Shown piece by piece: positions 48,428 through 55,899 of a stretch of DNA of 64,000 nt. The DNA is from Bacilli bacterium (lineage in GTDB: Bacteria; Bacillota_I; Bacilli_A; RF39; UBA660). The stretch is from NCBI GenBank assembly GCA_051886655.1, contig JBJEYJ010000086.1, positions 38-64,037 on the forward strand, read 5' to 3'. Positions within the stretch are counted from its first letter, which is position 1. The number at the start of each line of letters is the position of its first letter. Position numbers and translations under genes: made by a program. The notes beneath the pieces were generated by a model that was not told the DNA's origin, did not search any database, and worked only from the letters and a program-made list of their open reading frames with translations.

Positions 48428-48556
48428 ATAGAGGGCGAAAGCCCTTTATTTTTATGTTAAGTGCAGAAACAGATGTTTGGTTTCCAGTATGCAACTGATT
48501 ATGTAAACCAAAATTTTGTTCGCCGGCGCGTCGTGGATTGTGACGCGCCGTTTGAC

Positions 48557-48570
48557 AGAACAGTTGTTCG
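48557..48570. promoter_or_regulatory. LexA Cheo box AGAACAGTTGTTCG (perfect GAAC-N4-GTTC core)
   Basis: Intergenic, next to a GTTTACATAAT motif. Confidence 0.5.
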
Positions 48571-48630
48571 GTTTACATAATTTTTTTTCCAATTTTTTCC
48601 AGTTTACATAATCTGTTGACTCCTAAAACT

Positions 48631-48642
48631 GAACATCTGTTC
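48631..48642. promoter_or_regulatory. LexA Cheo box GAACATCTGTTC (perfect core)
   Basis: Lies 70 bp upstream of an early promoter -35. Confidence 0.5.
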
Positions 48643-48710
48643 ATACTAAATCTCGCAGATCAGCTTGGGAGTAAGGATCGCCGCATTATAAAGAATTTTT
48701 TAAAAAAATG

Positions 48711-48739
48711 CTTGACAAACACGCTATAAAGTAGTATAA
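48711..48739 (+). promoter_or_regulatory. early promoter cassette
   Basis: TTGACA, 17 nt, TATAAT. Confidence 0.6.
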
Positions 48740-48758
48740 TAATTATAGTAAAGGAAAG

Positions 48759-49223
48759 GTGATACAAATGAACTTGATTAAAAAATTTTATGTTAAACAA
48801 TTCGTACATTCTATTGATAAAAATATTAAAGTTAAATTTGGAAAAAATTTACAATGCGACATAGAAAATCAAACAATTTATGTAACTAATAAAACTGATA
48901 AAATAGATATTCAAACTTTTAAAGAGTATGTAAGAGAATTGAATAGTAAATGTTTTTTTAATACTTTTATTTTAGGAATATTACACGAAATAGGACATAT
49001 TTACACTTATGATGAAAGAGATGAGGAAGAATATTTTAGAGATAACGAACTATTAACACTACTTTTTCAAGAGAAAAAAATTGATGCCGTAGATTTTAAT
49101 AAATTCTATCTAAGATTAGAAATGGAGAAAAAAGCAACTCAATGGGCTATTGATTTTTCAATGTTAAATAAAGATTTTTGTAAAAAATATCAAAAAAAAT
49201 TAGGCAAAGAAATTTATAAATAG
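48759..49223 (+). CDS. HExxH metallopeptidase-like protein (ImmA/IrrE/DUF955-like?), 154 aa
   Basis: GILHEIGHIYTYDERDEEE: an HEIGH zinc-binding motif in a protein of about 150 aa, the size of ImmA-type anti-repressor proteases. Confidence 0.5.
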   Translation: MIQMNLIKKFYVKQFVHSIDKNIKVKFGKNLQCDIENQTIYVTNKTDKIDIQTFKEYVRELNSKCFFNTFILGILHEIGHIYTYDERDEEEYFRDNELLTLLFQEKKIDAVDFNKFYLRLEMEKKATQWAIDFSMLNKDFCKKYQKKLGKEIYK

Positions 49224-49226
49224 GGG

Positions 49227-49255
49227 TTGACAAAAGCCCCTAACTATGTTATAAT
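49227..49255 (+). promoter_or_regulatory. early promoter cassette
   Basis: TTGACA, 17 nt, TATAAT. Confidence 0.55.
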
Positions 49256-49281
49256 AGTATTATAGAAAGGAAGATGTAAAA

Positions 49282-49500
49282 ATGAGAAAAGATATTTTTA
49301 AAAATGCTAATCAAGTAAGAGCAACAGCCGAAGACTATAATGCAAAATGTTGTAAAAGATATAAAGGACAAGGAAAAATATTAAGAAGATACGCAAGACA
49401 CAAATTAAATGAACATGATAAAGAAGAAATAAGACAGGTATTAGCATTTCAAAAAAATATAAATTTTTACAAAATTAAAAAGGAAAGGAATTGATAATTA
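49282..49500 (+). CDS. basic small protein of about 71 aa
   Basis: Track ORF. Ends TGA then TAA (TGATAA). Confidence 0.45.
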
Positions 49501-49838
49501 TGAAAAAAGAACCAATGCAAATTTTGTATATTTTAAGAAATGGAGAAACAAATCAGTATAAAATAGGAATTACAGATAATCTAAATAGAAGATTATCTCA
49601 ACTACAAACTGGTTGTCCAGAAGAATTACAGATAATTAAATTATGGAAACATTATCAAAGAAACATAGTCAAAAGATATGAAAGAGTGTTGCATAGATAT
49701 TTTACAAAATGTGGTTGTAGAATAAGACCAAATGGAGAATGGTTTAATTTAAAACAAGTTGATATAAATTATTTATGTAAACCAAATACAATAGCAGAAC
49801 AAAATGAGATAATAGAAAATTTATTAGAAATGATGTAA
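49500..49838 (+). CDS. GIY-YIG / T5orf172-type domain protein, about 112 aa
   Basis: ILYILRNGETNQYKIGITDNLNRRLSQ matches the Y..L....-YKIG.T.N...R pattern. Confidence 0.5.
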   Translation: MKKEPMQILYILRNGETNQYKIGITDNLNRRLSQLQTGCPEELQIIKLWKHYQRNIVKRYERVLHRYFTKCGCRIRPNGEWFNLKQVDINYLCKPNTIAEQNEIIENLLEMM

Positions 49839-49872
49839 AGTGCGGGCTTCCGCACTTTTTCTACATAACTCT

Positions 49873-49990
49873 AGAACAAATGTTTCCACGAACGATCGTT
49901 TGGAGCCCGTTTCGCAGGTTTACATAATAACTTAACATTTTTCATTATGAAAAATTATTTTCAGATCGAACATTTGTACTCCTAAAACTC
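49873..49990. promoter_or_regulatory. cluster of three one-mismatch Cheo-like boxes (AGAACAAATGTTTC, CGAACGATCGTTTG, CGAACATTTGTACT) interleaved with GTTTACATAAT motifs
   Basis: Intergenic region upstream of the double promoter at 50045 to 50164. Confidence 0.35.
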
Positions 49991-50044
49991 GTCGCAGTTT
50001 ACATAATGTATTGCAAATAAAATAAAAATTTTTTTTAAAAAGTA

Positions 50045-50073
50045 TTGACTTTTTATAATAATTATAGTATAAT
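50045..50073 (+). promoter_or_regulatory. promoter (TTGACT, 17 nt, TATAAT)
   Basis: First promoter of a tandem pair. Confidence 0.5.
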
Positions 50074-50135
50074 AATTATAGTCAAAAGGAAATAGAAAAT
50101 CTTAAAAATTAATTTTAAGAAATTTTAAAAAACTC

Positions 50136-50164
50136 TTGACAAACAAAACAAAAAATGTTATAAT
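50136..50164 (+). promoter_or_regulatory. promoter (TTGACA, 17 nt, TATAAT)
   Basis: Second promoter of the tandem pair. Its leader contains a GAAC..GTTC hairpin. Confidence 0.55.
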
Positions 50165-50241
50165 AATTATAACAAAGGAAGATAAAAAACCTTGAGAACT
50201 TCCTGTAAAGGTTCATAAAAATAAAAATAAAAAATTGAAAG

Positions 50242-50607
50242 GTGGAATGTATTATGGCAAACAAAAAAACAAAAAGAGAATTATTTGGAGAAATCAGAGA
50301 AATTGTAGTAGGAAATGAAGAACTTGTAAACTTCATAGACCACGAATTAGAACTATTAGACAAGAAACACGCAAAAAGTGGAATGACAGCAAATCAAAAA
50401 GTAAATGCTGAAATAGTTGACAAATTATACAGTGCATTAGTTGAAGTTGAAACAGCCCTAACAATAAATGAAATCCAAGAACAATTTGATTTTACCAAAG
50501 AATTAAGTAATCAAAAAATAAGTGCATTATTAAAGAAATTAGTTGATACTGGAAAAGTTGAAAGAATAAAAGACAAAAAAGTTACAAGATTTCAAGCAAT
50601 AGTATAG
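50242..50607 (+). CDS. paralog family A member 2, 121 aa
   Basis: See 48059..48427. C-terminus is SNQKISALLKKLVDTGKVERIKDKKVTRF. Confidence 0.6.
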   Translation: MECIMANKKTKRELFGEIREIVVGNEELVNFIDHELELLDKKHAKSGMTANQKVNAEIVDKLYSALVEVETALTINEIQEQFDFTKELSNQKISALLKKLVDTGKVERIKDKKVTRFQAIV

Positions 50608-50661
50608 AGTAAGGGGCAAATGCCCCTACTCAAAAAAAAATAAAATTTTTTCAAAATACTA

Positions 50662-50690
50662 TTGACAAATTTTCTCAATAGTAGTATAAT
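50662..50690 (+). promoter_or_regulatory. early promoter cassette
   Basis: TTGACA, 17 nt, TATAAT. Confidence 0.55.
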
Positions 50691-50714
50691 AATAATAGAA
50701 AAGGAGTTGATAGT

Positions 50715-51125
50715 ATGATAGTAAAAATTAAAAATAAGGAAGTAAAAATTCCAGAAGAAGAAATTAAAAAGAATATGAAAATACTTGACATAACAGAAGA
50801 AGAAGCAATACAAATGTATTTAGAAGATGAAGGTTATGAGGTTAATGAAGAAGTAGAAAAGTTGACTAAAAAGGCAAAAGAAAATAATATAAAAATAAGG
50901 GGCGACAGTGATAAACCTAGAGCCAAGCGAAATATAGAACGCAAAACAAATCCAGTTAAAGAAGAAGTTATACAAATATTAGCACAGACACTAGCAAATT
51001 ATGGAAACCTTAATATTCATAATGTAAAAGTGGAAAATATTGGAAAACTTATTACTTTTAATGTAGGAGAGCGTCAATTCAAACTAGATTTAATAGAAAA
51101 AAGACCTCCAAAAGCCTCAAAATAG
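50715..51125 (+). CDS. paralog family B member 1, 136 aa
   Basis: Shares LTKKAKEN...DKPRAKR...NIGKLI.F...KLDLI with 54038..54439 on the minus strand. Confidence 0.6.
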   Translation: MIVKIKNKEVKIPEEEIKKNMKILDITEEEAIQMYLEDEGYEVNEEVEKLTKKAKENNIKIRGDSDKPRAKRNIERKTNPVKEEVIQILAQTLANYGNLNIHNVKVENIGKLITFNVGERQFKLDLIEKRPPKASK

Positions 51126-51353
51126 GGCTTTTTACAAAAGAAAAAGGCTAAAAGGCTTGAAAAATCTTGTCTTTTGGTTGAAAATGGCGGAAATGAGCGA
51201 ATAATCGCTCATTTTTTCGCGTTTTAGGCGAACTTTTGTTTAAATTTACATAAAATAATGTAAATTTTTGTAAAAAATGGTTGAAAGTGTTGCGGCTGTA
51301 GGGATTTAGCAGGTTTACATAATTTGCCGGCTCGGCGTGGAGCGCCTTTGAGC

Positions 51354-51367
51354 CGAACACGCGTTCT
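51354..51367. promoter_or_regulatory. LexA Cheo box CGAACACGCGTTCT
   Basis: Perfect GAAC-N4-GTTC core in a long non-coding region. Confidence 0.45.
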
Positions 51368-52032
51368 AAAATACCTATATGCGATTTTTTCGTAGGTTTT
51401 GGGCTTTATGCTCTTTTTCTCTAGCTTCCTGAAACCTCTTAGGTTTACATAATAACTTTACAGGCGCGATTCCAGATTCTTTTAACCTACATCCGCGCAA
51501 TATGCAAAATTGCCATAGTTTCAGGCTTCTTTATGACTTGATTTTTTTAAAAATTTTTGATATAATACTAAAAAAACTTAAAATATTGCCGCATAAAACC
51601 AAAAATAAAGTTGACATTTTAAGCCAACTTTTTTCTTTAAAATCATTCTCATGCTTTCATATTTGCCCCATCTACTTTTAACTAAAATTTTAAACAAAAG
51701 CAAATGTATCTGCCTAATAAAAAATTTTACTTCCATCTCTATACTTTAACTAACTGGGGGCCGCGCTCTTTTTAAGGACAGACTTTCCATTATATCATCT
51801 TTATTATATTATATCAAATTTTTTATAAAATATCAACTTTAATAAAATTTGCCACAATTTTTTAAATTATTTTCCTTGATCCTTCCTATTTCACATGAGT
51901 GCAATAGTCAAGCAAAATGAGAAGCAAAATAATATCTCTAACTTTTACAAATTAAAAAAAGAAGAAAAAAATATTCTTTTCTTTTATTGCGGAGACGGAG
52001 ATACGAGGATCTGTTAACCCAGGTCGCCGCAT

Positions 52033-52061
52033 TTGCAAATTATAAAAAAATATGATATAAT
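52033..52061 (+). promoter_or_regulatory. promoter (TTGCAA, 17 nt, TGaTATAAT extended -10)
   Basis: Preceded by a GGTCGCCGCA element. Confidence 0.5.
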
Positions 52062-52087
52062 AAATATATAAATAGTAAGGAGGAAAA

Positions 52088-52474
52088 GTGAAAATAATGA
52101 AAAATATGAATGTCAAAGATATGTTAAAAGCAGGTGTATCTGCAAAAGACTTAAGAAATAAACTAGAACAAGAAATAGAAAAAGCAACAGCCGCAATAAA
52201 AGAAGAAGCTGAAGATAAAAAAGTTGGTTTAATGAGAAAAAGATTAGTTGATGCGGCAATTGATTATATGCAAGCTATGGACTGGTTAGAAGAAGGATTA
52301 AATGAAGAAGACAGGCAAGACTTAGTTGAAGTATTAAAAGATTTAGAAGATGAGCTTGGAACTTATGTAGATATTATAAAATTATTGATTAGAAAAGAAA
52401 CTAATAAAAATAAAAAGAAAGATAATGGTTCTACTGCTGAAGATATAATCAATAAATTTTTAGGTACACTATAA
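52088..52474 (+). CDS. helical hypothetical protein, 128 aa
   Basis: Track ORF. AAGGAGG RBS. Confidence 0.6.
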   Translation: MKIMKNMNVKDMLKAGVSAKDLRNKLEQEIEKATAAIKEEAEDKKVGLMRKRLVDAAIDYMQAMDWLEEGLNEEDRQDLVEVLKDLEDELGTYVDIIKLLIRKETNKNKKKDNGSTAEDIINKFLGTL

Positions 52475-52489
52475 TATATATAATATAAT

Positions 52490-52527
52490 ATAAAAAAAGA
52501 AGAGGTTTTATACCTCTTCTTTTTTGC
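52490..52527. terminator. bidirectional rho-independent terminator (GAAGAGGT-TTTA-TACCTCTTC flanked by A- and T-runs) between convergent units
   Basis: Seen directly. Confidence 0.6.
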
Positions 52528-52617
52528 TTTGTTTTTTGAGTAGCGGAATATAATAAAAAATAGTACGAATTCTATTTTTATAAGGATTGAGAAATAAAAC
52601 ATTTAAAACGCGCTCGG

Positions 52618-52740
52618 GCCACCACAAATTCCACAAATGCCACATATCTACAAATCTACATATCTATATACTCGCATATCTACACTATATACTACATATC
52701 TACATATCTATATACATACATTATATCTCCATATACTTGC
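52618..52740. repeat. array of short direct repeats: CCACAAAT x3 followed by about six ATATCTA(C/T)A units
   Basis: Seen directly: ccacaaattccacaaatgccacatatctacaaatctacatatctatatactcgcatatctacactatatactacatatctacatatctatatacat... Confidence 0.75.
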
Positions 52741-52797
52741 ACGCACCTTATTTCTCTATCTCTCCAATTCCTCATTTCTATTTTCAAAAAGTAATTC

Positions 52798-53508
52798 TTA
52801 ATTTTTCACTTCAATTAACGCATTTCTTTCTACAAGAGTTCCTCTTACTACTTGACAACCAATCTTCTCCTGCAATTCCTTTAAAAATGTTAAAAAGTTC
52901 ATATCCGTCATATTTGTCATCTCTTCTAATACATCTCACGCCTCATCTTTTGTTATCTCTCCTGCCGCAACCATTCCCTTTACTAATATCTGCTTTTCAG
53001 TTGTATCTCCAAAATATTTAGTTTGTAAATTCTTTTTTATTTGCTCTTCCTCAGGAGTTAAAAAACTATATTCTCCAGTTTCTTTATCTCTTTTACATCA
53101 CAAATAAATACATTTACCTAATTTTCCTCCACTCATAAAAGGTTTTCCATATAATTCATTTCTACCTTCTCTTGTATATTTTACAATAGTATCAGGTTGT
53201 CTAGTTACCCCCTCTTTATTTAATAATTCACATATCTCATTTCCAACCCTTGTACAACTATCTAATCCATTTTCGCTTCAAACCTCATCAATTTTTTTAA
53301 CAACCATCTGCTTTGTTTTTGCTTGCTGCTTTTGATAAACAGGTTCATAAATTTCTGTAATAACAACTTTACCTTTTTCTTCGTAAAAATCAGCAAATAA
53401 TTTCAATTCCTCTAATTTTTTTTCTTTATTATTTCTAAAAGTTGCATAACTAATTCCAAATCATTCAGCAAGTTCTTTAGAAGATATTTTTCCAATTTGT
53501 AATTGCAC
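52798..53508 (-). CDS. HTH DNA-binding protein of about 236 aa containing four in-frame TGA codons (candidate late-gene regulator or replication-organiser)
   Basis: GAGAGGAGAG RBS then GTG start. N-terminal KISSKELAEWFGISYATFRNN HTH-like segment. TAA near 52798. Absent from the track because of the TGA codons. Confidence 0.5.
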
Positions 53509-53588
53509 TTTTTTATCTCTCCTCTCAATAATATATAAATTTTTTACTAATTAAATATTACAAAATTAACCAAATGTCATAAAAAATT

Positions 53589-53646
53589 TTGTAACATTTT
53601 TTTCCGCCCATAGAAATAATATTATGGGCGGAAAAAAATGTTACAA
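53589..53646. repeat. 58-bp near-perfect palindrome: 24-bp arms TTGTAACATTTTTTTCCGCCCATA and its reverse complement, separated by a 10-bp spacer
   Basis: Seen directly. Confidence 0.8.
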
Positions 53647-53860
53647 AATAATAAAAGTAATAGGCGGTTGGGGGAACCTCCATATCCGAGCTTCGCTCTC
53701 CATGGAGTCACCCAACCGATAGGTAGGTAAGAGTAATCCGTAAAAAGTATATTTAGTTTCGTTTTTTCGTTAGATAAAGATTTTTTTAAAAGTAGCTTTT
53801 TTTTATATGATGCGGCAATTCTTGCTCTATGGCCCGCCTAATCGAGTTCCCGCATAATAA
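53640..53860 (-). ncRNA. GC-rich structured non-coding island with a long imperfect hairpin (CGGTTGGG...CCCAACCG); candidate ncRNA
   Basis: No ORF. Local GC is much higher than background. Nested stems. Shares a GGAACTCG(A)TTAGG motif with 55160..55362. Confidence 0.3.
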
Positions 53861-53863
53861 AAG

Positions 53864-54031
53864 GGACTAATTGTCCCTTATAATAACCTTATCAGATTTA
53901 AAGAAATTTCTTATAATCTTTTCAGCTTCGCTTTTATCTATTTCTATAATATATTCTCCACCGTCATAATATCCTGCATATTTATGGATATCTATTAAAT
54001 TTTTCGTTTCTTCTATTTGATTAAAATTATA
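53864..54031 (-). CDS. small protein of about 55 aa
   Basis: AAAGGAGGAAATAGGGG then TTG start. Translation MYNFNQIEETKNLIDIHKYAGYYDGGEYIIEIDKSEAEKIIRNFFKSDKVIIRDN. Confidence 0.35.
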
Positions 54032-54037
54032 CAACCC

Positions 54038-54439
54038 CTATTTCCTCCTTTGAATTAAATCTAATTTATATTTATTACCGTCACATTCAAATTCTATAAG
54101 TTTACCAATATTAGTTATTTTTAAATGTTCTACACCATCTAAATTAGTTAGCATTTGAGCAACTGCGGCAATTATTCTTTCTTTTGTTGGATTTTCCTTT
54201 CTAGTAACTTCTCTCTTTGCTCTTGGCTTATCTTCAGCTTTTGCTTCATGAATTGTTGCGGTAATCCTATTTTCTTTTGCTTTTTTAGTTAATCTTTCTT
54301 CTTGTTCATTTTTAATATAATCATTATCGGCTAACCATGTATCTATGGCTTCTTGCATTGATATTTCAAGAGTATCAACTAATCTATCTATTTCCTCATC
54401 TGGAATTTCAATTATTTTATTTTCAAATTTATATTTCAT
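54038..54439 (-). CDS. paralog family B member 2, 133 aa
   Basis: See 50715..51125. Driven by a TTGACT, 17 nt, TGaTATAAT promoter near 54470. Confidence 0.6.
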   Translation of the reverse strand: MKYKFENKIIEIPDEEIDRLVDTLEISMQEAIDTWLADNDYIKNEQEERLTKKAKENRITATIHEAKAEDKPRAKREVTRKENPTKERIIAAVAQMLTNLDGVEHLKITNIGKLIEFECDGNKYKLDLIQRRK

Positions 54440-54605
54440 AAATAACCACCCTTCCTTTTTATTATTTATATAATAATTATATCATATTTTTTTTAAAAAG
54501 TCAATAGACAGGTTAAACCTATACACCAAAAATTTTTAAGGAGCGGCAACCGATGGTATATAGATACATTACTCACGAATAAAAAAGCGACATACATGCC
54601 GCCAG

Positions 54606-54917
54606 CTATTTATTAAATAATACTGTATTATATATTGAAGTTAAATATTGTTTTCCATCTTTACTCTTGATCTTAATTTTACCATCGTCTAAACTATTCC
54701 AAGTATCAACGTCAACTTCTATATATTCACTTCCTATTGTTATATATGCTTTTGTATATAATGTATTTACATTTGTCATATCCATATTACTTGTCATAGA
54801 TGGCGGAACCACTATAATATATGCTATTCCTCCAATAAGTATAAAAACTACTAATGCTATTGCAATAATTCCAATTGCATCTAACACATCATAATACATT
54901 CTAATTAACCTCCTCAT
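54606..54917 (-). CDS. membrane protein, 103 aa
   Basis: TM segment IIAIALVVFILIGGIAYIIVV. Confidence 0.55.
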   Translation of the reverse strand: MRRLIRMYYDVLDAIGIIAIALVVFILIGGIAYIIVVPPSMTSNMDMTNVNTLYTKAYITIGSEYIEVDVDTWNSLDDGKIKIKSKDGKQYLTSIYNTVLFNK

Positions 54918-55104
54918 ACATAATCAATAAAGTTAAGTATATTCCAGTTTCAGTCTTCTTTTCTATAATATTATCTTCTATTGTTGTAACAATAGTATCT
55001 GTACTCATTTTTATATCTATAATCTTTTTATCTAGCATCCATTTATTGATAACATCTTTTGCTTTAACATCATTTGGTGCTATTGTAAAATATTCTATTT
55101 TCAT
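54901..55104 (-). CDS. hypothetical protein of about 67 aa; start at MKIEY...
   Basis: Track ORF 54901..55155, with an internal ATG preceded by AAAGAAAGGAATG. Confidence 0.45.
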   Translation of the reverse strand: MKIEYFTIAPNDVKAKDVINKWMLDKKIIDIKMSTDTIVTTIEDNIIEKKTETGIYLTLLIMYEEVN

Positions 55105-55159
55105 ATTTTCATTCCTTTCTTTAATAAATAAGAGATAGAATGATTCCCCGCTCATCCTA

Positions 55160-55362
55160 TCTCTACCTAAGTTTGTGCTACTTGGGAAGCTGTTCTTTAT
55201 TTATCCTCGCATCCCCTAACGAGTTCCTATATTTTACTAGCTGTAACACTAGGAGGCTTTTACTATCGGTTAGAGACCATACCTCAACGGTATTATTTAT
55301 ACTCGACTCAAGTGTCCGCAGACCTTAAGCCCCGAGTTAGAGTGCGGCAATCGCCGCATCTC
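55160..55362 (-). ncRNA. GC-rich structured 3' region between two genes (GCGGCGATTGCCGC hairpin and others, ending in an 8-bp-stem terminator-like hairpin); candidate ncRNA
   Basis: About 200 nt with no ORF. GC content far above background. Shares a motif with 53640..53860. Confidence 0.3.
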
Positions 55363-55719
55363 TTATTCACTCTCTTTTATAGAGAATAATGTAACCTTTT
55401 TGTCTTTTACTCTTACTACTCTATTAGTATCTACTAATTTCTTTAAAAGAGCAGACATTTTTTGATTTGAGAAATCAGCTATTGTTTCATCTTCAGCTTG
55501 GATTTCAGCAACAGTAGCAGGTTTTCCTAATCTTGCTAATGCTTCATATACAACTTCTACTAATCCTTCATTTTCTTTTTGTGTTTTTGTTTGAGCAAAT
55601 TTTCTATTTGCTAATCTTTCAATTTCTTTTTCGCAGAATTCTACTGCTCCTTGTTCTCCAGCCTCAACAGCTAAATCTCTTAAAACTCCTAAATAATCTT
55701 TTTTTGTCATTTTTTCCAT
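55363..55719 (-). CDS. paralog family A member 3, 118 aa
   Basis: C-terminus SNQKMSALLKKLVDTNRVVRVKDKKVTLF. Preceded by two tandem TTGATT, 17 nt, TATAAT promoters (55773..55801 and 55858..55886). Confidence 0.6.
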   Translation of the reverse strand: MEKMTKKDYLGVLRDLAVEAGEQGAVEFCEKEIERLANRKFAQTKTQKENEGLVEVVYEALARLGKPATVAEIQAEDETIADFSNQKMSALLKKLVDTNRVVRVKDKKVTLFSIKESE

Positions 55720-55857
55720 AATAAATCACCTCATTTAACCTTTCTTTATATTTTTATTTTTTCTATACTTATATTATATAATAATTTTTTTATATAATCA
55801 ATTATTATTTCTTTAAGGTGCATAGAAACCTTTTTTTCTTTTTCTTTTGTTAATATA

Positions 55858-55886
55858 ATTATATAATATTTTTTTTATATAATCAA
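55858..55886 (-). promoter_or_regulatory. module-2 promoter (TTGATT, 17 nt, TATAAT on the minus strand)
   Basis: One copy of a roughly 45-bp cassette repeated at least 11 times. Confidence 0.5.
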
Positions 55887-55899
55887 CTTAGTGGTACTT

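Noticed and set aside
51540-51795. 52-aa ORF (MEVKFFIRQIHLLLFKILVKSRWGKY...) downstream of the inward-facing module-2 promoter
   Set aside because: No Shine-Dalgarno sequence and low-complexity hydrophobic sequence. More likely a non-coding or origin region.
52618-52740. Short-repeat array (CCACAAAT, ATATCTACA) as a CRISPR array
   Set aside because: Units are 8 to 9 bp and contiguous and degenerate, with no repeat-spacer structure and no cas genes. Better explained as iteron-like or bending repeats.
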